Assembly (NCBI RefSeq): GCF_015140235.1
Contig: NZ_AP023321.1
Span: 2,421,842-2,485,841 of the forward strand
Origin: Solibaculum mannosilyticum
GTDB taxonomy: Bacteria; Bacillota; Clostridia; Oscillospirales; Acutalibacteraceae
DNA length: 64,000 nucleotides
Direction: 5' to 3'
Shown here: piece after piece, positions 45,890-55,736 of the stretch
Layout of the letters: every line of letters begins with the position of its first letter
Numbering within the stretch: position 1 is the stretch's first letter
Notes under the pieces: model-generated
Told to the model about the DNA's origin: nothing
Databases searched by the model: none
Seen by the model: the letters and a program-made list of their open reading frames with translations, nothing else
Program-made: the position numbers and the translations under genes

Positions 45890-45917
45890 ATGCTCCCCTT
45901 CACAAAGGGGATAATTT

Positions 45918-45991
45918 TGGAGCGGGTGATGGGAATCGAACCCACGCGACCAGCTTGGAAGGCTGGGGTTCTACCATTGAACTACACCCGC
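45918..45991 (-). tRNA. tRNA-Gly (anticodon TCC)
   Basis: GCGGGTGTAGTTCAATGGTAGAACCCCAGCCTTCCAAGCTGGTCGCGTGGGTTCGATTCCCATCACCCGCTCCA. Confidence 0.85.
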
Positions 45992-46236
45992 ATTCACAGT
46001 GCTATTTATTTTAGCATAAATCCATCCGAAAAGTCAAGATGAAAATGCCATTTTCTCCCCGGACTTTTTATGTCTTTTGATCCTATTTCGCTTTTTCTGG
46101 CTTTTTCCTCAATTCCCTGTGAAATAATGTACAAAACCCCCTTTAATTTTTGCACGCAATAGAGTATAATAAAACCTAGTAAAGCAGTCGTTTCATTTTA
46201 GATCCCGGCTGCATAACGTTAAAGGAGTGATCGTAC

Positions 46237-47172
46237 ATGCCTCTGGTAAATACTCGTGAAATGTTCAAAAAGGCTTACGACGGTGGTTATGCCATCGGCG
46301 CATTCAATGTCAACAACATGGAAATCGTCCAGGGAATCGTGGAAGGCTGCAAGGAGCTCAATGCCCCTGTCATTCTGCAGGTTTCCTCCAGCGCCCGTAA
46401 ATACGCCCACCATGCTTACTTGGTGAAGATGGTGGAAGCCGCCCTGGAAGAAACCAATCTGCCCATCGCTTTGCATCTGGATCACGGCAGTTCTTTTGAG
46501 CTGTGCAAAGACTGCATCGACGGCGGTTTCTCTTCTGTCATGATCGACGGTTCTCATCTGGACTATGAGGAGAACGTTAAGGTTACCCGTCAGGTCGTAG
46601 AATATGCTCATGCTCATGACGTCACTGTCGAAGGCGAACTGGGTCAGTTGGCCGGCATCGAGGATGCTGTCAATGTATCCGCTGACAAGGCTTCCTTTAC
46701 CGATCCTTCCCAGGTTCAGGACTTCGTCGAGCGCACCGGCGTTGACTCCCTGGCCATCGCCATCGGCACCAGCCACGGCGCTTATAAATTCAAACCCGGC
46801 CAGAAACCCCAGCTCCGTTTTGACATCCTCAAGGAAGTCAGCGATCGTCTGCCCGGTTATCCCATCGTGCTCCACGGCGCCAGCGCTGTTGTCCATGAGT
46901 ATGTAGAGATGGTCAATAAGTTCGGCGGCCAGATGCCCGACGCTATCGGTATCCCGGAAGAGATGCTGCGTGAAGCTGCTTCCATGGCTGTCTGCAAGAT
47001 CAACATGGACTCTGACCTCCGTCTGGCCATGACCGCTGTCATCCGCAAGCACTTTGCTGAGCATCCGGATCACTTCGATCCCCGCCAGTACCTGGGTGAT
47101 GCCCGCGCCGCTTTGACCGAACTGGTTAAGGGCAAGATCATCAACGTCCTGGGCTGCGCCAACAAGGCCTAA
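46237..47172 (+). CDS. fba: Fructose-bisphosphate aldolase, class II
   Basis: 311 aa; class II FBA metal-binding His residues (LHLDHG, HGAYKF); RBS aaaggag. Confidence 0.95.
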   Translation: MPLVNTREMFKKAYDGGYAIGAFNVNNMEIVQGIVEGCKELNAPVILQVSSSARKYAHHAYLVKMVEAALEETNLPIALHLDHGSSFELCKDCIDGGFSSVMIDGSHLDYEENVKVTRQVVEYAHAHDVTVEGELGQLAGIEDAVNVSADKASFTDPSQVQDFVERTGVDSLAIAIGTSHGAYKFKPGQKPQLRFDILKEVSDRLPGYPIVLHGASAVVHEYVEMVNKFGGQMPDAIGIPEEMLREAASMAVCKINMDSDLRLAMTAVIRKHFAEHPDHFDPRQYLGDARAALTELVKGKIINVLGCANKA

Positions 47173-47195
47173 GCAAAAATTCTATTTGAAGCATT

Positions 47196-47242
47196 GTTTG
47201 CCCGTGTGCCGCCGAGATGGTGACACACGGGCAAATTTTTTC
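47196..47242 (+). terminator. Rho-independent terminator after fba
   Basis: tttgcccgtgtg-loop-cacacgggcaaa followed by TTTTTT. Confidence 0.7.
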
Positions 47243-47359
47243 ATGTATCTTTTGCTAAGAATCAGAGGTCTAGCAGGCCTTTTATTCTACTAATTATTAT
47301 TAAATAATCTTATAATACAAAGAGTAATATACCTCATTGATTGATCGGAGGTTTTTGGT

Positions 47360-48625
47360 ATGAGTTCCACACGAGAACGGGCATTAGCCCTTTCTTCCCT
47401 ATCGGTATATCGAGGCGTCATGCGGCGCACAGTAGTATCTTCTCTGCACCGTCTGTTGCAGTCGTCTTTGGAAGACGATGCCTTTTCCTTTGTATCGGCC
47501 TGGAGCGATTATTTTATGGCTTTGGCCAAAAAGGGTATGACCAGCAATGTGGGCGCCTGCATCGGGGACGCCGCATTGTACGACGAGAATGTATTGAGCC
47601 GTTCGGCCGTCCGGGGAAAACTGGATGATCTTCCGCCTGAAGTCGTAGAGGCGGCTTCCCGGGATCTGGACGTCCTGATGGATGCCGCCGCTACCTCTCC
47701 GGAGGATCTCCTGGCCGACTTTTGCAGCCACAGCATGCTGGAGTCGGCTGTGGCCAACAGCCTGCCACGGTGGAAATTTGGGCAGTTGCCGTCCACGCTG
47801 TCCCAATCAGGAACACAACGTCTTCAATCGGTCATCGAATTCCACCGCCGTCACGGCTGCGGCATCTACGCCCGGTATCGCGCCTTCGTATGGCGCCAAT
47901 GCAAACTGGAACCCATCCCCTATCCCGATCCCGTCAGGCTCAGTGATCTGAAAGGATATGAGACGCCCCGTCAAATGGTACTGGACAACACCCTGGCTTT
48001 TCTGGATAATCTCCCCGCCAACAACATCCTCCTCCATGGCGACCGGGGTACCGGCAAATCCTCTACGGTCAAGGCCATCTTAAATCAGCTCTATCCCCAG
48101 GGATTGCGCATGATCGAATGCCCTCGGGAATCGCTCAGTGACTTCCCCCATCTGACCCAGTTGATTGCACCGGTACCGCTTAAGTTTATCATCTTTATCG
48201 ACGACCTCTCCTTTAACGAAAACGACAGCACCTATGCCGCTCTCAAAGCCGTACTGGAGGGCGGATTGGCGGCACGTCCGGCCAATACCTTGATCTACGC
48301 CACTTCCAACCGCCGTCATCTCATCCGGGAGACCTTCCAAAGCCGGGAGGGCGATGAGCTACATCTGGCCGATACATTACAGGAAACCTTGTCCCTTTCC
48401 GACCGGTTCGGCCTCTCCATCACCTTCTCCTCCCCGGATAAACGCCAGTACCTGGATATCATCCACGCCCTGGCCGCTGATCGCAGTCTGGATGTGGATC
48501 CCGCTGAACTCGATCTCCATGCCGAACGTTGGGCATTGGAACGTGGCGGACGTTCTCCCCGGGCGGCACGTCAGTTTATCGCTATGGCCGAAAGCCGTCT
48601 AAAACGCGGTTTGCCTTTGGATTAA
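47360..48625 (+). CDS. DUF815-family predicted AAA-type ATPase
   Basis: 421 aa; P-loop LLHGDRGTGKSS, DUF815 architecture; RBS ggaggt. Confidence 0.75.
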   Translation: MSSTRERALALSSLSVYRGVMRRTVVSSLHRLLQSSLEDDAFSFVSAWSDYFMALAKKGMTSNVGACIGDAALYDENVLSRSAVRGKLDDLPPEVVEAASRDLDVLMDAAATSPEDLLADFCSHSMLESAVANSLPRWKFGQLPSTLSQSGTQRLQSVIEFHRRHGCGIYARYRAFVWRQCKLEPIPYPDPVRLSDLKGYETPRQMVLDNTLAFLDNLPANNILLHGDRGTGKSSTVKAILNQLYPQGLRMIECPRESLSDFPHLTQLIAPVPLKFIIFIDDLSFNENDSTYAALKAVLEGGLAARPANTLIYATSNRRHLIRETFQSREGDELHLADTLQETLSLSDRFGLSITFSSPDKRQYLDIIHALAADRSLDVDPAELDLHAERWALERGGRSPRAARQFIAMAESRLKRGLPLD

Positions 48626-48701
48626 ATCTTCTCTTTCCCCTTATATGCAAAAAGAAATCCCTCTGTCATGCTTTCCAAGCAGGCGACAGAAGGACTTCTT
48701 T

Positions 48702-49085
48702 TTACGCTGGAAGCAGGTTTCGTATCAATAGTTTCCCAGCCCATACTCCCAGCAGACACAGCGCCACACTGAACCCTATATAAGCTGTAGCCTGTAGCTG
48801 GTTCCCCTCCTCCAAAAGCGTGACGGTTTCCAAGGAAAAGGTAGAGAACGTGGTAAATCCTCCACACAACCCAGTCTTGACAAACAGCAATATATGGTCC
48901 GAAATCAGTCCAGTCTGTCCCGCTATCTGGGTGACGGCTCCGATCACCACAGCTCCTGCAACATTGATGAGCAGCGTCATCCACGGGAATCCGGATTGTC
49001 CCAGTGGGATTTGCCCCAACAAGTACCGGGCTATCGCTCCTATACATCCCCCCAGTCCCACCATGAAGCAGTTAAAAAGCATCAC
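48702..49085 (-). CDS. crcB: Fluoride-specific channel CrcB/FluC
   Basis: 127 aa, four TM helices, GxxGGxxR and TGxxGGxTTFSTF motifs. Confidence 0.85.
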   Translation of the reverse strand: MMLFNCFMVGLGGCIGAIARYLLGQIPLGQSGFPWMTLLINVAGAVVIGAVTQIAGQTGLISDHILLFVKTGLCGGFTTFSTFSLETVTLLEEGNQLQATAYIGFSVALCLLGVWAGKLLIRNLLPA

Positions 49086-49114
49086 TTGATCTCCCCTTTC
49101 CCAATAAGATCATA

Positions 49115-49157
49115 CAAAAGCCCCCGGTTTCCAGGCTGGAACCGGGGGCTTTTTTCA
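49115..49157. terminator. Bidirectional rho-independent terminator between por and crcB
   Basis: agcccccggtt-tccaggctgg-aaccgggggct followed by TTTTTT (plus strand) and TTTTGT (minus strand). Confidence 0.7.
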
Positions 49158-49182
49158 GGGAATCAATTACAATTCGTAATAA

Positions 49183-52100
49183 TTACTCCTGATCGTACAA
49201 TTTGGAGAGACGCAGCAGATGATCATAACGATCAGCAGCATCTTTCTCAGCCTTATCAAACAGCTTCTCAGCACGCTCCGGGAAGGCGCGGGTCAAGCTG
49301 CTGTAACGGACCTCGCTGAGAATGAAGTCACGATAGCTGGCGGTAGGAGCCTTGGAATCCAAGGTGAAGGGATTCTTACCTTCGTCTGCCAGTCTGGGAT
49401 CGTAACGGAACAGGTTCCAGTAACCGGCCTGGACAGCCTTCTTCTCCTCCAGCTGAGCAACACCCATGCCGCCCTTGATGCCGTGGTTGATACAGGGAGC
49501 ATAGCAGATGATGATGGAGGGACCATGATAGCTCTCAGCTTCATGGAAAGCCTTGAGGCACTGGTTCATGTCGGCGCCCATCGCAACCTGAGCCACGTAA
49601 ACGTAACCATAGGTCATGGCGATACCGGCCAGATCCTTCTTCTTGGTAACCTTACCGGCTGCAGCAAACTGGGCAACAGAACCGGTGGGGGTGGACTTGG
49701 AAGCCTGGCCGCCGGTGTTGGAGTAGACCTCGGTGTCAAAGATCAGGATGTTGACGTCACGGCCCGAAGCAATGACGTGATCCAAACCGCCAAAGCCGAT
49801 GTCGTAAGCCCAGCCGTCGCCGCCCAGGATCCAGGTGGACTTCTTGGCCAGATAGTCGGCGTCAGCCAAAATCATCTTAGCCAGATCAGCCACCTCGCCT
49901 TCGCCGGTCACATTGTTAAGAGCAGCACGCAGGGCATCAGCGGCAGGACCATTGGCAGCGGTGTCATCGCTGGTGGCGATCCACTGCTCGGCAGCGGCTT
50001 TCAGCTCGCCGTCGGCCTTCTCAGCCACGCCCTTGACATAGCTCATCAAACGGTCGCGGATGGCTTCCTGAGCGATGGCCATACCATAGCCGTACTCAGC
50101 ATTATCTTCAAACAGGGAGTTGGACCAGGCAGGACCATGGCCATCCTTGTTGACAGTATAAGGAGTGGAGGGTGCAGAACCGCCCCAGATGGAAGAACAG
50201 CCGGTAGCATTAGCGATATACATCTTGTCGCCGAACAGCTGGGTTGCAAGCTTGGCATAAGGAGTCTCACCGCAGCCTGCGCAGGCGCCGGAGAACTCGA
50301 GCAGGGGCTGCTTAAACTGGCTGCCCTTGACCATGGTATCCTTAAATTTAGCGGAAACTTCGGGTTTAATATCCAAAGTACGGCCGTAGTTGAAGCCTTC
50401 CTGGCCGGGCATCTGGGTCTCGATGGGCTTCATGACCAGAGCCTTCTCACCCTTCTTGCCGGGGCAGACGGTGGCGCAGGAACCACAGCCGGTGCAGTCC
50501 AAGGTGGAGACGGTCATGGCAAATTTATAGCCGGGCATACCGGTCATGTCCACAGCCTTGTCCTTGATGACCTGAGGAGCTTTCTCAAGCTCATCGGCGG
50601 TCATAACGGCCGGACGGATGACGGCATGGGGGCAAACATAGGAGCAGAAGTTACACTGGATGCAGTTCTCAGGCATCCAGCAGGGAACGTCCACAGCGAT
50701 GCCGCGCTTCTCATAAGCAGCGGAACCCTGGGGGAAGGTGCCGTCGGCAGCGTCTTTAAAGGCCGAAACCGGCAGTTTGTCGCCCTGCTGTGCGTTGATG
50801 GGATTGAGGATGTTCTTGACGAAGCTGACCAGTTCCGGACGGTCGCCTTCCACAACCTTCTCTTCCACAACGTCGGCAGCGTCAGCCCAGGAAGCGGGTA
50901 CTTCCACCTTGACGACGCCGTCTACACCGCGCTCAATAGCGGCGTGGTTCATGGCGACGATCTTCTCACCTTTGCGGCCGTAGGACTTGGTGGCGGCTTC
51001 CTTCATCAGGCGGACAGCCTCGTCCACGGGCAGGATTTCGGTGATCTTAAAGAAGGCAGCCTGAAGGATGGTGTTGACGCGGCCGCCCATGCCCAATTCC
51101 TTGGCGATGTGGGTAGCGTCGATGGTATAGAAATTGATGTTGTTCTGAGCCATATAGCGCTTCATGGAAGCGGGAAGATGCTCATCCAGCTCCTCGCCCT
51201 GCCAGCTGCAGTTGAGCAGGAAGCTTCCGCCGGGCTTGACCTCTTCCACCATCTCGTACTTATCTACATAAGAGGGGTTGTGGCAGGCCACGAAGTCGGC
51301 GCTGGTGATAAAGTAGGTGGAACGGATCTTCTGCTTGCCGAAGCGCAGGTGGGACATGGTGACGCCGCCCGACTTCTTGGAGTCGTAAGCAAAATAGCCC
51401 TGGGCGTACATGTCGGTGTTGTCGCCGATGATCTTGATGGAGTTCTTGTTGGCGCCGACGGTGCCGTCCGCACCCAGGCCCCAGAACTTACAAGAATGAG
51501 TGCCTTCCGGGATGGTGTTGGGCTTCTCTTTGGCGTCCAGGGACAGGTTGGTCACATCGTCCACGATGCCCAGGGTGAAACGCTTCTTGGGCTCGGCAGC
51601 CTCCATGTTGCGGTAGACAGCGATGATCTGGCTGGGAGGAGTGTCCTTGGAACCCAAGCCATAACGGCCGGTGTAAACCGGGATGCCTTCAAACTTGGAG
51701 CCGGACAGAGCGGCTACGACATCCAGATACAGCGGTTCGCCGATGGAGCCGGGCTCCTTGGTGCGGTCGAGGACGCTGATCTTCTTAACGGTCTCAGGCA
51801 GAGCGGAAAGCAGGTGCTTTGCCGAGAAGGGGCGGTACAGACGGACCTTGATGAGGCCGGTCTTTTCGCCGTGGGCATTCAAATAGTCGATGGTTTCCTC
51901 AATGGTGTCGCATACAGAGCCCATGGCTACGATGACATGCTCTGCATCGGCGGCACCGTAGTAGTTGAACAGCTGATAGTCGGTGCCGATCTTGGCATTG
52001 ACCTTCTGCATGTATTCTTCGGTCACGCCCACAATGGCGTCATAGTAGGGGTTACAGGCCTCGCGAGCCTGGAAGAAAATGTCGGGGTTCTGAGCGGTAC

Positions 52101-52749
52101 CGCGCAGCACAGGATGTTCCGGGTTGAGGGAACGGCGGCGGAACTCATTGACAGCATCCCAATCCAGCATATCGGCCAGATCCTTGTCATCCCACACTTC
52201 GATCTTCTGGATCTCATGAGAGGTGCGGAAGCCGTCGAAGAAATGCAGGAAGGGAACGCGGCCCTTGATGGCCGACAGGTGGGCCACAGCGCCCAGATCC
52301 ATAACTTCCTGCGGGTTGGAGGCGCACAGCATGGCATAACCAGTCTGGCGGCAGGCATAAATATCGGAATGGTCGCCAAAAATGGAAAGTGCGTGGGAGC
52401 TGACGGCACGAGCCGAAACATGGATAACGCTGGGCAGCAATTCGCCGGCCATCTTATACATGTTGGGGATCATGAGCAGCAAACCTTGGGAAGCGGTGTA
52501 GGTGGTGGTCAGGGCGCCTGCGGACAGGGAGCCGTGAACAGCACCGGCCGCGCCGGCTTCCGACTGCATCTCAACCACTTTGACTTCTTGACCAAACAGG
52601 TTTTTCTTGCCACCGGCAGCCCATTTGTCGGTTTCCTCGGCCATAACGGACGAAGGAGTGATGGGGTAGATGGCGGCTACGTCGGTAAACGCATAGGATA
52701 CATGCGCAGCGGCGTTGTTACCATCCATCGTTTTCATTTTTCTTGCCAT
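49183..52749 (-). CDS. nifJ: Pyruvate:ferredoxin (flavodoxin) oxidoreductase, single-polypeptide PFOR
   Basis: 1188 aa with all PFOR domains (TPP-binding, two 4Fe-4S ferredoxin motifs CIQCNFCSYVCP and CTGCGSCATVCP); start MARKMKTMDG with strong RBS aagggaggaa (the ORF track extends to 52821). Confidence 0.95.
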   Translation of the reverse strand: MARKMKTMDGNNAAAHVSYAFTDVAAIYPITPSSVMAEETDKWAAGGKKNLFGQEVKVVEMQSEAGAAGAVHGSLSAGALTTTYTASQGLLLMIPNMYKMAGELLPSVIHVSARAVSSHALSIFGDHSDIYACRQTGYAMLCASNPQEVMDLGAVAHLSAIKGRVPFLHFFDGFRTSHEIQKIEVWDDKDLADMLDWDAVNEFRRRSLNPEHPVLRGTAQNPDIFFQAREACNPYYDAIVGVTEEYMQKVNAKIGTDYQLFNYYGAADAEHVIVAMGSVCDTIEETIDYLNAHGEKTGLIKVRLYRPFSAKHLLSALPETVKKISVLDRTKEPGSIGEPLYLDVVAALSGSKFEGIPVYTGRYGLGSKDTPPSQIIAVYRNMEAAEPKKRFTLGIVDDVTNLSLDAKEKPNTIPEGTHSCKFWGLGADGTVGANKNSIKIIGDNTDMYAQGYFAYDSKKSGGVTMSHLRFGKQKIRSTYFITSADFVACHNPSYVDKYEMVEEVKPGGSFLLNCSWQGEELDEHLPASMKRYMAQNNINFYTIDATHIAKELGMGGRVNTILQAAFFKITEILPVDEAVRLMKEAATKSYGRKGEKIVAMNHAAIERGVDGVVKVEVPASWADAADVVEEKVVEGDRPELVSFVKNILNPINAQQGDKLPVSAFKDAADGTFPQGSAAYEKRGIAVDVPCWMPENCIQCNFCSYVCPHAVIRPAVMTADELEKAPQVIKDKAVDMTGMPGYKFAMTVSTLDCTGCGSCATVCPGKKGEKALVMKPIETQMPGQEGFNYGRTLDIKPEVSAKFKDTMVKGSQFKQPLLEFSGACAGCGETPYAKLATQLFGDKMYIANATGCSSIWGGSAPSTPYTVNKDGHGPAWSNSLFEDNAEYGYGMAIAQEAIRDRLMSYVKGVAEKADGELKAAAEQWIATSDDTAANGPAADALRAALNNVTGEGEVADLAKMILADADYLAKKSTWILGGDGWAYDIGFGGLDHVIASGRDVNILIFDTEVYSNTGGQASKSTPTGSVAQFAAAGKVTKKKDLAGIAMTYGYVYVAQVAMGADMNQCLKAFHEAESYHGPSIIICYAPCINHGIKGGMGVAQLEEKKAVQAGYWNLFRYDPRLADEGKNPFTLDSKAPTASYRDFILSEVRYSSLTRAFPERAEKLFDKAEKDAADRYDHLLRLSKLYDQE

Positions 52750-53176
52750 AATGAAACAGTTCCTCCCTTTGTGTATATAGAGATTGATTGGTAATAACGG
52801 TGAACCTCTAAATCTGGGCACAAAAATCCCTTTGATACCCTACTCAAAAGTCTATCATTTTTATCCTTTCCTGTAAAGGAGTAATCCTCCAAAAAACCGG
52901 TATTTTTTCCTTTTTTCTTTTAAAAATCCCCCTTTTTCATCTGTTGCCACTTGCTACAACCCTTTTAAAAATCCTTCTAATTTTGTAGGAAATGCCGCCT
53001 TTTCTTTGGATGATTGCACAGGAAACACCTTCCTTTTAGTATGTGCAAATGAAAACCCATCATACGAAACAAAACGTCTGCAACCGCAAAAAAATACAAA
53101 TCCTTGCTTTCCCGATTTCCTTTTATTTTGTCGTATGGCACTCCTCAAAGAGGTCTGATACCGCCTCTCCCCTCGC

Positions 53177-53206
53177 TTGACAAAGCAAAGTTCTCTTGAT
53201 TATAAT
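53177..53206 (+). promoter_or_regulatory. Consensus sigma-A promoter for the CNNM/CorC-family gene
   Basis: TTGACA, 17-nt spacer, TTATAAT. Confidence 0.5.
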
Positions 53207-53300
53207 GAAAGGAAACAATCTTTGGATGTTTGCGCTTTGTGCGCGTTATTTTAACAAAACGATGGGAATCCCAATTTTCCCATCCGAAAGGGGAACAATC

Positions 53301-54689
53301 ATGGATCCGGACGGAAGTCCCAACTTGTTGATGGTGAACGGTTCTACCAGCGGCCTTGTGGCCCAGATCGTCATTTTGGTATTGCTCATCTGTATCAACG
53401 CCTTTTTTTCCGCGTCAGAGATGGCTATTATCTCCCTCAACGATGGCAAGCTCAAGCGGGATGCCGAGGAAGGACATAAAAAAGCACGTATCCTTCTAAA
53501 ATTGACACAGGCGCCTTCCTCCTTCCTTTCCACCATCCAGGTGGGGGTGACGCTTTCCAGCTTCCTCATCGCTGCCGTGGCCGCCACCTCCATCGCCGAC
53601 CGCATCGCCGTGGTATTGGCGCCTCACATCCAAGCGCCGCTTTCGGTTATCGCTGTGGTGTGTACGGTGGTGGTCACTCTCCTTTTGGCCTTTCTGTCCA
53701 TTGTCTTTGGTGAGATGGCTCCAAAACGCATCGCCATGCAAAGGCCGGAATCCATCGCCTACCGGTCGGCCGGCATCCTGCGGGCGGTAACCGTCCTGTT
53801 TAAGCCGCTCATTTGGTTTCTATCCCACTGTGCCAACGGCGTCGTCCGCATGTTTGGATGCGATCCCCACGCAGAAACTCATCGCGCCACCGAGGAGGAA
53901 ATCCGGATGATGGTGGATGTGGGCGAGGAAAAGGGGCTCATTGAAGAGAACACCAGCGAGATGATCAACAACATCTTTGAGTTTGATGACATCACGGTCG
54001 ACGAGATCATGACCCATCGCACCGAGATGGAAGCGGTGGAAGAACACGATTCGGTGAGCAAGCTTTTGGGCATCGCTATCCAGAAGGGGTATTCCCGCAT
54101 CCCCATCTATCGGGAGGATCTGGACGATGTGCTGGGGGTATGCTACATCAAGGACTTTCTCCCCTACGTCACCGAGAATCTTCCGGACGATTTTCCTTTG
54201 ACCAAGGTGATGCGCAAAACATTGTTTGTACCGGAAAGTAAAAAATGTTCTGAGCTGTTTGACGAGCTTCGGCGTCAGAAAATCCAGATGGCCATTGTGG
54301 TGGATGAATACGGCGGCACGGCCGGTCTGGTCACCATGGAGGATCTGCTGGAATCCATCGTGGGCAACATCCAAGATGAATACGACGAGGACGAAGAAGA
54401 AGTGGTCCAGCTGGGCGACACCACCTTCACTATGGACGGCACCACTGAGGTGGACGAGGTTTCGGAACTTTTGGGCATTCAGTTGCCCGAAGGGGATTAC
54501 GATACCTTGGGCGGTATGCTGTTGGAAGAGCTTGGCTATGTCCCGGAAAGCGGATCCCATCCCAGTGTGGAATTTGAGGGATATCGTTTCACCGTTCAAT
54601 CGGTGGGGGAACGGCGCATCGGCAAGATCCATGTAGAAAAGCTGCCCGACGTTCAAACAGGACAAGACGTTTCAAGTAATAAAAAATAG
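53301..54689 (+). CDS. Hemolysin-family (CNNM / CorC-HlyC / TlyC) membrane protein: DUF21, CBS pair and CorC_HlyC domains
   Basis: Start MDPDGSPNLL downstream of the promoter with RBS aaagggga; TM DUF21 domain, two CBS domains, C-terminal transporter-associated domain. Confidence 0.85.
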   Translation: MDPDGSPNLLMVNGSTSGLVAQIVILVLLICINAFFSASEMAIISLNDGKLKRDAEEGHKKARILLKLTQAPSSFLSTIQVGVTLSSFLIAAVAATSIADRIAVVLAPHIQAPLSVIAVVCTVVVTLLLAFLSIVFGEMAPKRIAMQRPESIAYRSAGILRAVTVLFKPLIWFLSHCANGVVRMFGCDPHAETHRATEEEIRMMVDVGEEKGLIEENTSEMINNIFEFDDITVDEIMTHRTEMEAVEEHDSVSKLLGIAIQKGYSRIPIYREDLDDVLGVCYIKDFLPYVTENLPDDFPLTKVMRKTLFVPESKKCSELFDELRRQKIQMAIVVDEYGGTAGLVTMEDLLESIVGNIQDEYDEDEEEVVQLGDTTFTMDGTTEVDEVSELLGIQLPEGDYDTLGGMLLEELGYVPESGSHPSVEFEGYRFTVQSVGERRIGKIHVEKLPDVQTGQDVSSNKK

Positions 54690-54775
54690 CCGCATGGCAG
54701 CTATTTTTTATGCGCATCAGCCCGCTCTGCCGGGCCGGCGCTTAGGATCATAAGGCTCTGGGCCGTCGTAATTTT
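54688..54775. repeat. Copy 2 of the roughly 90-bp repeated terminator-containing element
   Basis: AAAAAATAGCCGCATGGCAGCTATTTTTTATGCGCATCAGCCCGCTCTGCCGGGCCGGCGCTTAGGATCATAAGGCTCTGGGCCG; about 88% identical to copy 1. Confidence 0.6.
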
Positions 54776-54881
54776 GAGGCGTATCAAAAATGCTTCGCAC
54801 AAAGCATTGAAACGCTGGTACAAAAAGGACTGTGGAAATAAAACCACAGTCCTTTTCTTTTGCCTCTTTATAACGGTATCT

Positions 54882-55637
54882 TTATTGATCCTGGACAAAG
54901 AGCGCTTCCGCCTCAAAGCAAGGACCCTTGTGTCCTACGCCGGTGACAACCGCCCGATCCCCCGCCATACCGGCGCGGATATCCAGGGCTTCTCCCTCCA
55001 GCGCTTCGCCGGTAAAATTGATGGAAAATTCCGAGATAGTCTGATGTTCCATGCCGCCGGGCAGATAGTCCCCCAGAAGATCGGCGTAGATGGTGTTGTT
55101 GAGATGGCCGTTGTAATCCACATCGCTGTACCGGATGACGCGGCTGTCCACATGGGGCAGATCGGTCGGCACAATGATTTTCTCCGGATCCTTCACATCA
55201 GGGACACGGGTGGGCTGGATAGTGATGCCATACCGGTCAAATACTTTTGGCCGCTGCAATCGATGGGTCACCGGGTCGATGATGACAAAACAGGTGGTCG
55301 CCTCGATGACATTTTGCCCCGACCCATCGGCAAATTGGTAAGACCGATAAAATTGAACGCCCCGGTTTTCCCGATGCCAGGTGGTCAGATTGAGTTCCTC
55401 CGCCATGAGAGGCCACCGTTTGATGCGCACCCGGCTGCGGCTGGTGACGAAAATAATGCCGTCGTCATAGAGGCGTTCATAAGGGAGGCCTCCGCTGCGC
55501 AGCTGCAACTCCCCCGCCTCCTGCTGATAGCGCAGGATGGCCGACAGTTTCAGACGGCGTCTGCTGTCAGCGTCAAACGAGGTGACGCGGATGGGCCAAG
55601 TATAACTTTTCGGAAAGGTTCCATTTAGGTCAGACAA
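54882..55637 (-). CDS. Acyl-[acyl-carrier-protein] thioesterase (FatA/B-like, double hotdog)
   Basis: Acyl-ACP_TE family; probable TTG start at LSDLNGTF with RBS aaagaggga; the longest ORF extends to 55694. Confidence 0.75.
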   Translation of the reverse strand: MSDLNGTFPKSYTWPIRVTSFDADSRRRLKLSAILRYQQEAGELQLRSGGLPYERLYDDGIIFVTSRSRVRIKRWPLMAEELNLTTWHRENRGVQFYRSYQFADGSGQNVIEATTCFVIIDPVTHRLQRPKVFDRYGITIQPTRVPDVKDPEKIIVPTDLPHVDSRVIRYSDVDYNGHLNNTIYADLLGDYLPGGMEHQTISEFSINFTGEALEGEALDIRAGMAGDRAVVTGVGHKGPCFEAEALFVQDQ

Positions 55638-55736
55638 ATAAGATCCCTCTTTTCGTCGAAGTTTTGATTTCCAGAAGGTCATAAAAGGATGCAAAGGGAC
55701 GGCCCTGGAGCCGTCCCTTTTACTTTCATCCGATCA

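Noticed and set aside
49086-49182. Fluoride riboswitch expected upstream of crcB
   Set aside because: Only about 95 nt are available, and they are occupied by a bidirectional terminator hairpin. No crcB-motif core (GGnGAUGG..CCGCC) is visible, so crcB is probably expressed without a riboswitch or by read-through.
49219-52794. 1191-aa ORF on the plus strand spanning the whole por locus
   Set aside because: It is antisense to the strongly supported PFOR gene. Long stop-free antisense frames are expected in GC-rich, codon-biased genes. The translated sequence is low-complexity (Gly/Ala/Val-rich) with no domain signature.
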